Positions 1 to 8,529 are shown, counted from the first letter of the stretch. The stretch: 22,349 nt of DNA from Acidobacteriota bacterium (GCA_003223995.1 QHYA01000163.1:1-22349), one strand, 5' to 3'. Numbers and translations: made by a program. The notes: generated by a model not told the origin, from the sequence alone.

Positions 1-525
1 GTGCTGCTTGCCGACGCGGCTCTCGGTCTGCCGGACTTCCGCGCTGCAGAGCGAACCTATCAGTTGCTGACGCAGGTGTCAGGAAGGGCCGGTCGGGGTG
101 AGGGGCTGGGGGAGGTGATCATCCAGACGGTCCGCCCGGAGCACTACGCCATCGCGACTGCCGCCGCCCATGACGAGAAGGGGTTTTACGAAAGAGAGCT
201 GCGCGCACGCCGCGCGCTGCGCTACCCGCCGTTCCATGTCCTCGCCCAGGTGCTGTCTCGAGCGTCGAAGCCGGACAAGGCCTCCTTGATCGCGCGCCGG
301 GCCGCGGAGGCCCTCAGGCGTCACGGGGGCGGACGCGTGCAAGTCCTCGGTCCGGCCCCGGCTCCCATCGCGCGGTTGAAAGGTCGCTACCGCATGCAAC
401 TCATCGCCCGAGCTGTCTCGCGCCGGCGCCTCGGTGCGGCCCTCCGCGGGATGCTCTCCGAGGCGGAGTCGGAAGGATATCACCGCGATCTGGTCATCGA
501 CGTCGATCCCGTCTCGCTGATGTGA
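1..525 (+). CDS. priA: Primosomal protein N' (PriA helicase), C-terminal fragment. The 5' end lies outside the window.
   Basis: The 174-aa translation (…YQLLTQVSGRAGRG…VIIQT…RYPPFHVLAQV…RLKGRYRMQLI…) matches the conserved PriA C-terminal region. The frame is open from base 1 and ends at TGA 523-525. Confidence 0.8.
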   Translation: MLLADAALGLPDFRAAERTYQLLTQVSGRAGRGEGLGEVIIQTVRPEHYAIATAAAHDEKGFYERELRARRALRYPPFHVLAQVLSRASKPDKASLIARRAAEALRRHGGGRVQVLGPAPAPIARLKGRYRMQLIARAVSRRRLGAALRGMLSEAESEGYHRDLVIDVDPVSLM

Positions 526-573
526 CGGTGGCGCGCCTGTGGTGGGGTGACGGGAAGAGCTGACGGCGAGTCC

Positions 574-1629
574 TCAGCGCCTGATGAAGATGAGAGGTCG
601 GTCTGAGGGAAGGACCTCGCCGACGATGGCCGTTTCGGTGTCGCCGGCGGCGCGCATCTCGCGCACGCAGCCTTCGGCCCTGTCGGCGGGGAGGGAAATG
701 AGCAACCCGCCCGAGGTCTGCGGGTCGAACAGCAGGGTCTCCTCCTCCGGGCGAAAAGGGTCCTGGATCTCCAGCGAGCCGGCGACGAGCTCGCGGTTCA
801 GGGCGGTGTTGGCGGTCTTGACTCCTTCGGCGATCAGCGCCAGGGCCTCTTCGTAACGCGGGATGGAGCCGTAGCGGAAGAGCAGTCCGACCCCGCTCGC
901 CCTGGCCATCTCGAAGGCATGACCGGCCAGGCCGAAGCCGGTGATGTCGGTCGCGGCGCGGGCGCCGTGCTCGGAAGCGATGCGACCGGCCCTGTCGTTC
1001 AGCGAGACCATCCAGCGGATTGCCTTCTCGGCCGTGCCGTCGCGGACGAGGTTCTTCCGGAGCCCTCCGATGATTGCTCCGGTCCCGATCGGCTTGGTCA
1101 GGATCAGGCGGTCTCCCGGCTTCGCTCCGGCATTGGTCAGGATCCTGTCGGGGTGCACGATCCCCGTCACCGAGAGGCCGAACTTCATCTCCTCGTCGTG
1201 GACGGAGTGGCCACCGACAAGCACCGCCTTCGCCGCCTCGACCCGCTCCATCGCCCCCTCCAGGATGCGGGCCAGATCCCGCTTCGTGACCCCTTCGTGG
1301 GGGAAGCAGCAGATGTTCAGTGCGGTCAGAGGCCGCCCGCCCATGGCGTACACGTCGGAGAGGGCGTTGGCAGCGGCGATCTGTCCGAAGACGTACGGAT
1401 CGTCCACGACGGGCGTGATGAAGTCGACCGTCTGGACGAGCGCGAGGTCGTCGGCGAGCCGGTACACACCAGCATCGTCCGCCGTGTCGAATCCCACCAG
1501 AAGGTTGGGGTCCTTCTTACCGGCGCGAAGGTGCCCCACGATCTCCTGCAAGTCCACCGGACTCAGCTTGGCCGCTCAACCGCCGCAGTGGGCGAATTGG
1601 GTCAGCCGAGCGCTTTCACTGGCGCTCAC
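574..1629 (-). CDS. selD: Selenide, water dikinase (selenophosphate synthetase SelD). It is a selenoprotein with an in-frame UGA (Sec) at 1578..1576.
   Basis: The 327-aa track ORF (574..1557) has the SelD/AIR-synthase-like fold (…DDAGVY…, …GGHSV…, …TDITGFGLAGH…). Reading upstream through the TGA at 1576-1578 gives VSASESARLTQFAHCGG[U]AAKLSPVDLQ…. This aligns with the E. coli SelD N-terminus [27 protein letters not shown], with the U at the catalytic Cys17 position. GTG start is at 1629..1627, preceded by in-frame TGA TGA and an AGGAGG about 10 nt upstream. Confidence 0.8.
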
Positions 1630-1715
1630 GCTTCATCATCCTCCTTGTTGGGCCATGCTACGCTGGCCCCGGGAGAGCGTCAACGAGCGGCCGGAAGAGT
1701 GCCGAGGGGCGAAGA

Positions 1716-3236
1716 GTGCGCCGCGACGAGCGAGATCCTCCGCCAAGACTGATCGCGTCAGTGCTGCCCGAGAGCTCCGAGCAAGCCCGGCAGGACATCG
1801 AGAGGGCGGCCGCTGCCGGCGCCGATTCGGTCGAGCTGAGGCTGGACGCCTCCCCCTCCGATCCGCCCCTCGCCCTGCTGGAGCATGCTCGACGCCTTGG
1901 TCTGCTGACCATCGCCACGTGCAGGAGAGTCTCCGACGGCGGCGCCTTCGCGGGAGGCGAGCGGGAGCGGCTCTCTCTTCTGGAGCGCGCCGGCAGCCTC
2001 GCGGATTTCATCGACATCGAGGCGGACAGCGGAGCCCTCGAGAGGCTCACACATTCCATGTCCCGGGCCCGCCTGATCGCGTCTCACCACGATCTCTCCG
2101 GCACTCCGGCGGATCTGGAACCGCTCGTGCGGCGCCTCAGGAGCGTCCCGGGAGCCGCTCTGATCAAGATCGTGACCGCCGCTCGCGACCTTCGCGACAA
2201 CCTGACCCACAGGAACCTGTTGCGCCGGATCCGGGGCAAGAACGCTCGGGATCTGATCTCCTTCGCGATGGGTCAGAAGGGGGTCCCTTCCCGCATCCTG
2301 GCTCTTGCCTGGGGCTCGGCCGCGGGCTACTTCGCTGCCAGCGAGTTGCGCCCCGCCGCTGCGGGGCAGATCGGGCTGCGCCAGGCGATCGAGACTTTCG
2401 ATGTAGGGGAGATCGGTGGGAGGACGAGGCTTTTCGGGATCGTCGGTTTTCCCGTGGCGCACTCCCTGTCGCCTGCCATCCACAACGCAGCCTTTCGATC
2501 GACGGGAACAGATGCACGCTACTTGCCCTTCGAGGCGGAGAAGCTGGAGGAATTCGTTCCGCTCGTCCGGGAGCTTCCGCTCGCCGGCTTTTCCGTGACG
2601 GCCCCTCACAAGGTTGCGGCCGCCCGCGCCATGGACGAGCTGGACGGGGCGGCGAGCGCCATCGGGGCCGTGAACACCGCCCTGGCCCGCGAGGGGCGGC
2701 TCATAGGCTTCAACACCGACGCGGAGGGGGGGATGGCGCCCCTCCTCCGGCGGATGCCGGTGCGGGGTTCGCGGGTGCTTCTCCTCGGGGCCGGAGGGGC
2801 GGCGCGCGCGTTCGCCTACGGCCTCGCAGACGAAGGGGCGCGGGTCTTGATCTGCAACCGGACGCCGGAGAGCGCGGAGGATCTGGCGCACGAGACCGGC
2901 GCGCAGGCGGTCAGGCGGGACGAGCTCGCGCAGCTCTCCTACGAGATCCTTATCAATGCCACACCCGCCGGAATCGAGGATCCGGAGGAGCTTCCGCTTT
3001 CGGCCGAAGCCATCAGGGGAAGGCTCGTCTACGACCTGGTCTACCGGAGGGGCGAACAGACACGCCTGCTTCGTGAAGCCGCTGCTCGCGGTATCGCGGT
3101 GCTTGACGGCCGCGAGATGCTCCTCGAGCAGGCGCTGCTCCAGTTCCGCATCTGGCTGGGGCCCGACCCGCCCGCCCTGGCCCGCGCTCGCGAGGCCATG
3201 GAGCAGGCATTGGGGCTCGCTTCGAGGCAGGACTGA
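1716..3236 (+). CDS. Bifunctional 3-dehydroquinate dehydratase (type I, AroD) / shikimate 5-dehydrogenase (AroE) fusion protein.
   Basis: N-terminal half: type I DHQase motifs (LIASVL…ELRLD, SHHD, ALIKIVTAA, ISFAMGQKGVPSRI). C-terminal half: shikimate dehydrogenase motifs (LFGIVGFPVAHSLSPAIHNAAF, SVTAPHK, FNTDAEG, LLLGAGGAARA). GTG start at 1716, TGA at 3234-3236. Divergent from selD. Confidence 0.8.
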   Translation: MRRDERDPPPRLIASVLPESSEQARQDIERAAAAGADSVELRLDASPSDPPLALLEHARRLGLLTIATCRRVSDGGAFAGGERERLSLLERAGSLADFIDIEADSGALERLTHSMSRARLIASHHDLSGTPADLEPLVRRLRSVPGAALIKIVTAARDLRDNLTHRNLLRRIRGKNARDLISFAMGQKGVPSRILALAWGSAAGYFAASELRPAAAGQIGLRQAIETFDVGEIGGRTRLFGIVGFPVAHSLSPAIHNAAFRSTGTDARYLPFEAEKLEEFVPLVRELPLAGFSVTAPHKVAAARAMDELDGAASAIGAVNTALAREGRLIGFNTDAEGGMAPLLRRMPVRGSRVLLLGAGGAARAFAYGLADEGARVLICNRTPESAEDLAHETGAQAVRRDELAQLSYEILINATPAGIEDPEELPLSAEAIRGRLVYDLVYRRGEQTRLLREAAARGIAVLDGREMLLEQALLQFRIWLGPDPPALARAREAMEQALGLASRQD

Positions 3237-3289
3237 AGCGCGTTCACCCCCAGTCCTTTCTCCGCTCTGGGGCCCTCCATCGAGAGCGC

Positions 3290-3324
3290 TTGAAAACATG
3301 ACCAGATATGACTATCTTGTAGTC
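3290..3324 (+). promoter_or_regulatory. Putative vapBC promoter (TTGAAA-17 nt-TATCTT) with an overlapping palindromic operator, GACTA-tcttg-TAGTC.
   Basis: TTGAAA is at 3290-3295 and TATCTT at 3313-3318, with exact 17-nt spacing. The predicted transcription start falls at about 3325, which is the ATG of MKSVRI… (leaderless). A perfect 5-bp inverted repeat at 3310-3324 overlaps the -10, as expected for antitoxin autorepression. Confidence 0.35.
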
Positions 3325-3588
3325 ATGAAGAGCGTCCGAATCGCTGAACTGAAGGCCCGGCTGAGCGAGTATCTACGCAAGGTGCGGCAAGGTCAGGTCC
3401 TGACCGTCATGGACCGGGACACTCCGATCGCGCGATTGATCCCCTGCGGATCGAACGCGCAGGCCCTGACCATCCGCCGGCCTGCGCGGACATCGCCCCC
3501 GCTCCACCGAGTGCCGCTTCCCCCTCCGCTGAAGATCGAGATCGACGTCGTCGATCTGCTTCTGGAAGAGCGGCAGGCCGAGCGGTGA
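3298..3588 (+). CDS. vapB: Type II antitoxin of the Phd/YefM family (VapB-like). The alternative, possibly leaderless, start is ATG 3325 (MKSVRIAELK…).
   Basis: …MKSVRIAELKARLSEYLRKVRQGQVLTVMDRDTPIARLIP… is the typical Phd/YefM antitoxin N-terminus. The stop TGA 3586-3588 overlaps the GTG start of the downstream PIN toxin by 4 nt (GTGA). Confidence 0.65.
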   Translation: MTRYDYLVVMKSVRIAELKARLSEYLRKVRQGQVLTVMDRDTPIARLIPCGSNAQALTIRRPARTSPPLHRVPLPPPLKIEIDVVDLLLEERQAER

Positions 3589-4001
3589 TCGCGTATCTCG
3601 ACTCCTCTGTTCTCCTACGGATGGTGCTTGGCCAGAAGGACAGGCTGCGGCAGTGGCGGGAGGTCCGGCAAGGTGTGGCGAGCTCTCTAGTCGAGGTCGA
3701 GTGCCTCAGGACGCTGGATCGGTTGCGGTTGTATCAGGGGATCGGTCATGAGGCGATCGCCGTCCGCCGGGGGGCGATCTTCCGGCTCCTCGAGGGGATG
3801 GAACTCGTCGAGCCGACCAGACCCGTGCTGGCGCGCGCATCCCAGCCGTTCCCGACACCGCTCGGGACGCTCGACGCGATACATCTTGCCACTGCCCTGC
3901 TGTGGAGAGAGGGGCAAGACCGAGAGCTGGTCATGGCCACTCATGATGCTGCCCTTGGGATGGCGGCTCGCGCCAGCGGATTCGACGTTGTCGGGACGTG
4001 A
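3585..4001 (+). CDS. vapC: PIN-domain ribonuclease toxin (VapC family).
   Basis: 138 aa. It carries the PIN acidic residues (MIAYLDSSVLL…, …TLDAIHLATALL…, …ATHDAAL…). It is translationally coupled to the upstream antitoxin. Confidence 0.75.
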   Translation: MIAYLDSSVLLRMVLGQKDRLRQWREVRQGVASSLVEVECLRTLDRLRLYQGIGHEAIAVRRGAIFRLLEGMELVEPTRPVLARASQPFPTPLGTLDAIHLATALLWREGQDRELVMATHDAALGMAARASGFDVVGT

Positions 4002-4155
4002 GATCCTGGCTGCGAGTCGCCCTCGGCACGGGAGCGTCCCTGAGCCCGCATTGGGCATTTGGGGGCAGCCGACCCGAGCTTTCGCGTTTGGGCCTACAAT
4101 CCATCTGGTGGGGGAAAAGCGTCTCGTGGATGGCGCGGGCATCCGGAGGCTTGAG

Positions 4156-4755
4156 ATGAAGAGAGTCGCAAAGGCGCTCGCACTGATAGTCCCGCTTGCT
4201 CTCTCGGCCGCCTGCGCGCACACGGGCGCGGATCCTCGCAAGTATGCGGGTCTCGACAGAAGGCTGGATCCGTTCACCTACATCGAGGAGGGGAAGCTCG
4301 TCGCGCTGGCAGTGAACACGCAAGCGACGCGCTATCGGGAGAAGGAGTCCTACATACCGCTCGCCGTCGGCATAGCCAACAAGGGGAAGAAGACGATCCG
4401 CGTCGATCGCGAATCGTTCATCCTTTACGATGAGACGGGGAAGCGCTACCCGATGGTCCCTTTCTCCGAGGTCAACCAACGCTACGAGAGATCCCCGAGC
4501 GACAGGCAGTTCACGACTTTCTTCGAGATCTGGAACGCGAAGTGGCCCGTCTACACACCCGTCCCGAGCGACTTCTTCCCGCTGCGGACGGCGCGCATCG
4601 TCCAGGAGTTCATCGAGCTGCCCCCCTTCCATTACACGGCGGAATACCTCTACTTCCCTCATCCGGAAGACGGCCTCGTCAATCACCGCTTCGAGCTTCA
4701 CGTCAACATCAAGCCGCTCGAGGAGCCCGTCTTCGTGAAGTTCCTGGTGGACTAG
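4156..4755 (+). CDS. Hypothetical lipoprotein of unknown function.
   Basis: ATG at 4156 with GGAGG 6 nt upstream. The N-terminus MKRVAKALALIVPLALSAAC has a signal peptide with a lipobox-like LSAAC. 199 aa, no family recognised. The upstream part of the track ORF 3748..4755 overlaps vapC out of frame and is regarded as artefactual. Confidence 0.6.
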   Translation: MKRVAKALALIVPLALSAACAHTGADPRKYAGLDRRLDPFTYIEEGKLVALAVNTQATRYREKESYIPLAVGIANKGKKTIRVDRESFILYDETGKRYPMVPFSEVNQRYERSPSDRQFTTFFEIWNAKWPVYTPVPSDFFPLRTARIVQEFIELPPFHYTAEYLYFPHPEDGLVNHRFELHVNIKPLEEPVFVKFLVD

Positions 4756-4889
4756 AACTGAGGGCAGTGCCTGGAGGTCACAGCCCCCACGCCGGAAGGG
4801 CTGATCACGGGCCCTGCCGCATCGACGCTGGTCGTGAGTCCCGCCGGAAGAACATGACCTGACGGCCCTTCTCGGGCCGGGTATGGAGC

Positions 4890-5537
4890 ATGAGGGTCAA
4901 GATCAAGGTCTGCGGCATCACCGACGAGCGGGACGCCATCGAGGCCGTCTATCTCGGCGTAGATGCCCTTGGCTTCGTCTTCTCGCCGGGATCCCCGAGA
5001 ACCGTCACGGCCCGGCAGGCCGCGGCGATCTCCTCGAAGCTTCCCCCCTTCGTTGCCCGGGTCGGTGTGTTCTCGGACGAGAAGCCGCAGGCGATCGTCG
5101 AGACGGCTGACAGCGCGAGGCTCACCGCCGTCCAGCTCCACGGCGATGAGCCGCCTGCCGCCTGCCGCTGCCTCCCGCTCCCTTGGTACAAGACGTTCCG
5201 AATGACCCCGGGCTTCGCCCTCGAGCGGCTGTCCGACTACGCGTGCACGGCGTACCTCATCGAAGGGGACCCCGGGGAGCGCGGCAGCGGAGCCAGCCCG
5301 CGGGCGGACTGGGACCTCGCGCGCGCCGCCAGCCGATACGGGCGGGTGATCCTCTCCGGAGGCCTGACAGCCTCCAATGTCGGGCGGGCGATCGAGCACG
5401 TCCGGCCCTATGCCGTGAACGTCTCCGGCGGCGTCGAGTTCCGCCCCGGAGTGAAGGACATCGAGCAGCTCGAGCTGTTCGTCGCGGCGGTCCGGCGCAC
5501 CGAGCAGAGCTTGGCCCTCCGGGAGCAGGATCGATGA
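4890..5537 (+). CDS. trpF: N-(5'-phosphoribosyl)anthranilate isomerase (TrpF).
   Basis: …KVCGIT…DALGFVF…AVQLHGDE…ILSGGL…VNVSGGVE…PGVKD… aligns along its length with TrpF/PRAI. A TGA lies in frame 27 nt upstream, so ATG 4890 is the only possible start. It has a weak RBS. Confidence 0.8.
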   Translation: MRVKIKVCGITDERDAIEAVYLGVDALGFVFSPGSPRTVTARQAAAISSKLPPFVARVGVFSDEKPQAIVETADSARLTAVQLHGDEPPAACRCLPLPWYKTFRMTPGFALERLSDYACTAYLIEGDPGERGSGASPRADWDLARAASRYGRVILSGGLTASNVGRAIEHVRPYAVNVSGGVEFRPGVKDIEQLELFVAAVRRTEQSLALREQDR

Positions 5538-5672
5538 CCGTTCGGGACGGCCGCAATCGACGGCATTCGCCGCGGCTGGCCGCCACCGGAGCCAGGGGGG
5601 CCCAGGAGGAACACGGGCTGGCGTTGGAGGCCAGCCGGAGGTAGCCTTTCACCCGCGGAGGAGAGCGATCCG

Positions 5673-6695
5673 ATGCTCATCGTGATGAACGAGACGGCAG
5701 GCCAGGCCCAGATCCAGAAGGTCATGGACCTGCTGAAGCGGCGTGGTCTCGAGGGACGCCGCTCCACGGACCTCGCCCGAACGGTCATCGCCGTGACCGG
5801 GGAGACGGGCTCTCTCGATCCGCGGGAGCTCCGCGCGATGGACGCCGTGCAGGAGGTCGTTCGTATTTCGGAGCCCTACCGGCTTGCGGGACGGTCTTTC
5901 CGGCCCGATGGCACGGAGGTCGATCTCGGCGGTGGTGTCTCGATCGGCGGGAAGGCAATTGTGCTCATGGCCGGCCCCTGCGCGGTGGAAGGGCCGGAGC
6001 AGATCGAGCGGATCGCGGGCGCCATCGCACGCTGCGGGGCGTGGGTTCTTCGTGGAGGGGCCTTCAAGCCGCGCACCTCCCCGTACTCCTTCCAGGGTCT
6101 CGGCGAGGAAGGGCTGCGGCTGTTACGGGATGCCGCCGGACGGCACCGGCTGAGGGTCGTCTCGGAAGTGATGGACGCCGGACAAGTCGGTCTCGTCTCG
6201 GAGTACGTGGATCTGCTCCAGGTCGGCACCCGGAACATGCAGAACTTCTCGCTCCTGAAGGAGCTGGGCCGCTGCCGGCTCCCCGTCCTTCTCAAGCGCG
6301 GCCTGTCGGCGACTCTCGAGGAGTGGCTCCTGGCGGCCGAGTACATCATGGCGGGAGGCAACGAGAAAGTGGTCCTGTGCGAGAGGGGGATCAGGACCTT
6401 CGACAACGCCACGCGCAACACGCTGGATCTTGCCGCCGTCCCGGCCCTCAGAAAGATGTCCCACCTGCCCGTCGTCGTGGACCCGTCTCACGGGACGGGC
6501 CAGCGGGACGGGGTCGTTCCGATGGCGCGAGCGGCTGTCGCGGCGGGGGCGGACGGGCTGCTGATCGAGGTTCACGACGCCCCGGAGATGGCGCTGTCGG
6601 ACGGCGCGCAGTCGATCACCCCCGAGCAGTTCAGCGAGCTGGTCAGGCAGCTGCGCGTGATCGCGCCCGCCGTGGGCCGCACCGTGGCGGGCTAG
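5673..6695 (+). CDS. 3-deoxy-7-phosphoheptulonate (DAHP) synthase, class I-beta, with an N-terminal ~70-aa ferredoxin-like/ACT-type regulatory domain.
   Basis: …GGKAIVLMAGPCAVEG…LRGGAFKPRTSPYSFQGLGEEGL…LQVGTRNMQNF…KRG…CERGIRTF… is characteristic of the KDO8PS/DAHPS I-beta family (Thermotoga/Bacillus AroA type). GGAGGAG RBS at 5657-5663. Confidence 0.8.
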   Translation: MLIVMNETAGQAQIQKVMDLLKRRGLEGRRSTDLARTVIAVTGETGSLDPRELRAMDAVQEVVRISEPYRLAGRSFRPDGTEVDLGGGVSIGGKAIVLMAGPCAVEGPEQIERIAGAIARCGAWVLRGGAFKPRTSPYSFQGLGEEGLRLLRDAAGRHRLRVVSEVMDAGQVGLVSEYVDLLQVGTRNMQNFSLLKELGRCRLPVLLKRGLSATLEEWLLAAEYIMAGGNEKVVLCERGIRTFDNATRNTLDLAAVPALRKMSHLPVVVDPSHGTGQRDGVVPMARAAVAAGADGLLIEVHDAPEMALSDGAQSITPEQFSELVRQLRVIAPAVGRTVAG

Positions 6696-6708
6696 GGGAG
6701 CAAGAACG

Positions 6709-7002
6709 ATGGATGAAAGCGGACGGACGGCGTTTCGCGAGCTGATCGAAGCGAGGATCGCGGAGTGGGAGAGGAACATCACGAACCTCGGCCACCGGAT
6801 GGCCAAGGCGAAGGACGATCCGGAGGCGAAGGGGAAAGTCGAGGCGCTCAAAGCGAAGCTTCCGATCCTTGCCGAGAAGGCGAAGGAAACGCCACAGGTC
6901 TCCGACGAAGGCTGGCCGGATTTCAAGTCCGAGGTGGACCTGATGTTCGAGGACATGATCTGGATGCAGAACTACGTGATGCGCCGCCTCGGCGCGTCTT
7001 AG
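6709..7002 (+). CDS. Hypothetical small protein (97 aa), predicted helical and charged. It is probably co-transcribed with the DAHP synthase gene (13-nt gap).
   Basis: ORF with AGGGGAG about 8 nt upstream of ATG 6709. No recognisable family. It is not an AroQ chorismate mutase (the R…ID.ID motif is absent). Confidence 0.45.
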   Translation: MDESGRTAFRELIEARIAEWERNITNLGHRMAKAKDDPEAKGKVEALKAKLPILAEKAKETPQVSDEGWPDFKSEVDLMFEDMIWMQNYVMRRLGAS

Positions 7003-7020
7003 GCGTCTTGGGCGGCCAGC

Positions 7021-8502
7021 CTATCCCTTCCCGGCCTCCTTTCTCGTTTCCCCGGGCGGCACGATGGAGGCTTTGAGGGCCGGGATCGCGTCGATAAGCC
7101 GGCGCAGATCCACTCCCGACAGGGCTTCCACGACGGCCGGCAGCTCGGCCATCATGCGGGCGATGTCGCCCGTGAGCTTCGAGGCCCCGACTCCATCTCC
7201 GCCCGTCGAGACGAGGGTGATTCTGTCGGTCTTCGAGAGAGGCTCCGCGACAGCCTTCGCGATCTCGGGAAGGGCGGTGAGAAGCAGTTGGAGGGCCGCC
7301 GCCTGGTTGTACTCCTTCCACGAGCTGGCCTTCTTCAACATCGCCTCGGCCTCGGCGGCGCCTTTCAGGGCGGTGATTTGGGCCTCTGAGGAGCCTGTGG
7401 CCTTGATAACGTCGGCCTGGGCGAGCCCCTTCTGGCGGGTCGCCTCCGCCTCTCCCTTCGCGACCTGCTCGTATTTGGCGCGGAGCGCCGCGGCCTCCGT
7501 CTCGACCCTGTAACGCTCGGCGTCGGCCTGCCGTTTCACCGTCGCTTCCAGCTCTTTTTCCCGCCTCTGGATCTCGCGCTCCTGGACGATGATCTGCTGC
7601 TCCTTCTCGACGATCGAAACCTGCACCTCCTCCTTCTTGAGGGCCTGCGAGGTTCTGTTCTTCTGGATGTCGTACGCCAGGTCGGCCTCGGCCCTCTTGA
7701 GGTTGACGGCGGCATCGTACTCGGCCTTCCTCGACTGGAAGTCGCGCTGGGCTTCGGCAATGCGGGTCTCGGCCTCGAACTTGGCGATCTCCCCCGCCTG
7801 CCGCGCCTGGGCGGAGCGGATGGCCGCGTCGCGGTCCGCCTCCGCCTGCGCGATGGTGGCGTCTCGCTTGACCTCCGCCGTCCGGGGCTTGCCGAGGGCT
7901 TCGAGGTAGCCGTGGCTGTCGTGGATGTCCTTGAGCGTGAAGGAGACGATCTGCAGGCCCATGTTCGCGAGGTCGGCGACCGCCACCTCCTGGACGGACG
8001 AGGCGAACTGGTCCCGGTTGCGGTAGATCTCCTCGATGGTCAAGGTCCCGATGATCGCCCGCAGGTGCCCCTCCACCGTCTGGAGGGCGATCTGCTTGAT
8101 CTCCTCCACGCTCTTGCCGAGGAATTGCTCGGCGGCCGTGCGGATCGAGGCCTCGTCCCCCTTGATCTTCACCTGCGCGACGCCGTCCACGACGATCGGG
8201 GCCCCCGGCTTCGTGTAGACCTCGGGGGTGGTGAAATCGAGAGTCATCACCTCGAGCGAGAGCACGTCCACGCGCTCGAGCAGCGGGAAGACGAAAGCGC
8301 CGCCTCCCTTGCGGATCCGGAAGCCCGTGACTTCCGTTGCTCCGCCGGTCGTGGCGATCCGGTGCTTGCGGCCGGAGATGATCATGACCTGGTTCGGCCC
8401 GACCTTCTTGTAGCGCTTCGCGACTGCCAGGATAAGGATGAAAAAGACGATCGTGACGACCGGGAAAACCATGACCGTCACGAGCGTGCTGAAGTTGAAC
8501 AT
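7021..8502 (-). CDS. floT: Flotillin-family (SPFH/band-7) membrane-microdomain protein.
   Basis: 493 aa. It has an N-terminal TM segment, an SPFH domain (…VGPNQVMIISGRK…IVVDGVAQVKIKGD…), then long Ala/Glu/Arg-rich coiled-coil repeats and a C-terminal flotillin tail. This architecture is typical of FloT/YuaG. Confidence 0.85.
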   Translation of the reverse strand: MFNFSTLVTVMVFPVVTIVFFILILAVAKRYKKVGPNQVMIISGRKHRIATTGGATEVTGFRIRKGGGAFVFPLLERVDVLSLEVMTLDFTTPEVYTKPGAPIVVDGVAQVKIKGDEASIRTAAEQFLGKSVEEIKQIALQTVEGHLRAIIGTLTIEEIYRNRDQFASSVQEVAVADLANMGLQIVSFTLKDIHDSHGYLEALGKPRTAEVKRDATIAQAEADRDAAIRSAQARQAGEIAKFEAETRIAEAQRDFQSRKAEYDAAVNLKRAEADLAYDIQKNRTSQALKKEEVQVSIVEKEQQIIVQEREIQRREKELEATVKRQADAERYRVETEAAALRAKYEQVAKGEAEATRQKGLAQADVIKATGSSEAQITALKGAAEAEAMLKKASSWKEYNQAAALQLLLTALPEIAKAVAEPLSKTDRITLVSTGGDGVGASKLTGDIARMMAELPAVVEALSGVDLRRLIDAIPALKASIVPPGETRKEAGKG

Positions 8503-8529
8503 GGCGAACCTCCTGTTTCCTTGCCGGGA

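Noticed and set aside
941-3076. The 711-aa plus-strand ORF and other long ORFs antisense to or overlapping selD, aroDE, floT/nfeD (e.g. 7912..8691), the regulator/kinase (13902..14843, 15380..16339), the large kinase (18728..20146, 20345..21565) and the D-aminoacylase (10846..11949).
   Set aside because: Their translations are Arg/Pro/Gly/Ser-rich low-complexity strings with no domain features, which is typical of stop-codon-poor alternative frames in ~70% GC DNA. Each overlaps a gene with clear homology on the other frame or strand.
3748-4155. The upstream 136 codons of track ORF 3748..4755, i.e. an N-terminal extension of the lipoprotein.
   Set aside because: This part overlaps vapC out of frame and is RS-rich nonsense. 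A strong GGAGG-spaced ATG at 4156 is immediately followed by a signal peptide.
6709-7002. The 97-aa ORF as an AroQ chorismate mutase, given its position after DAHP synthase.
   Set aside because: It lacks the LRxxIDxID N-terminal motif and the catalytic Arg/Lys/Glu pattern of AroQ.
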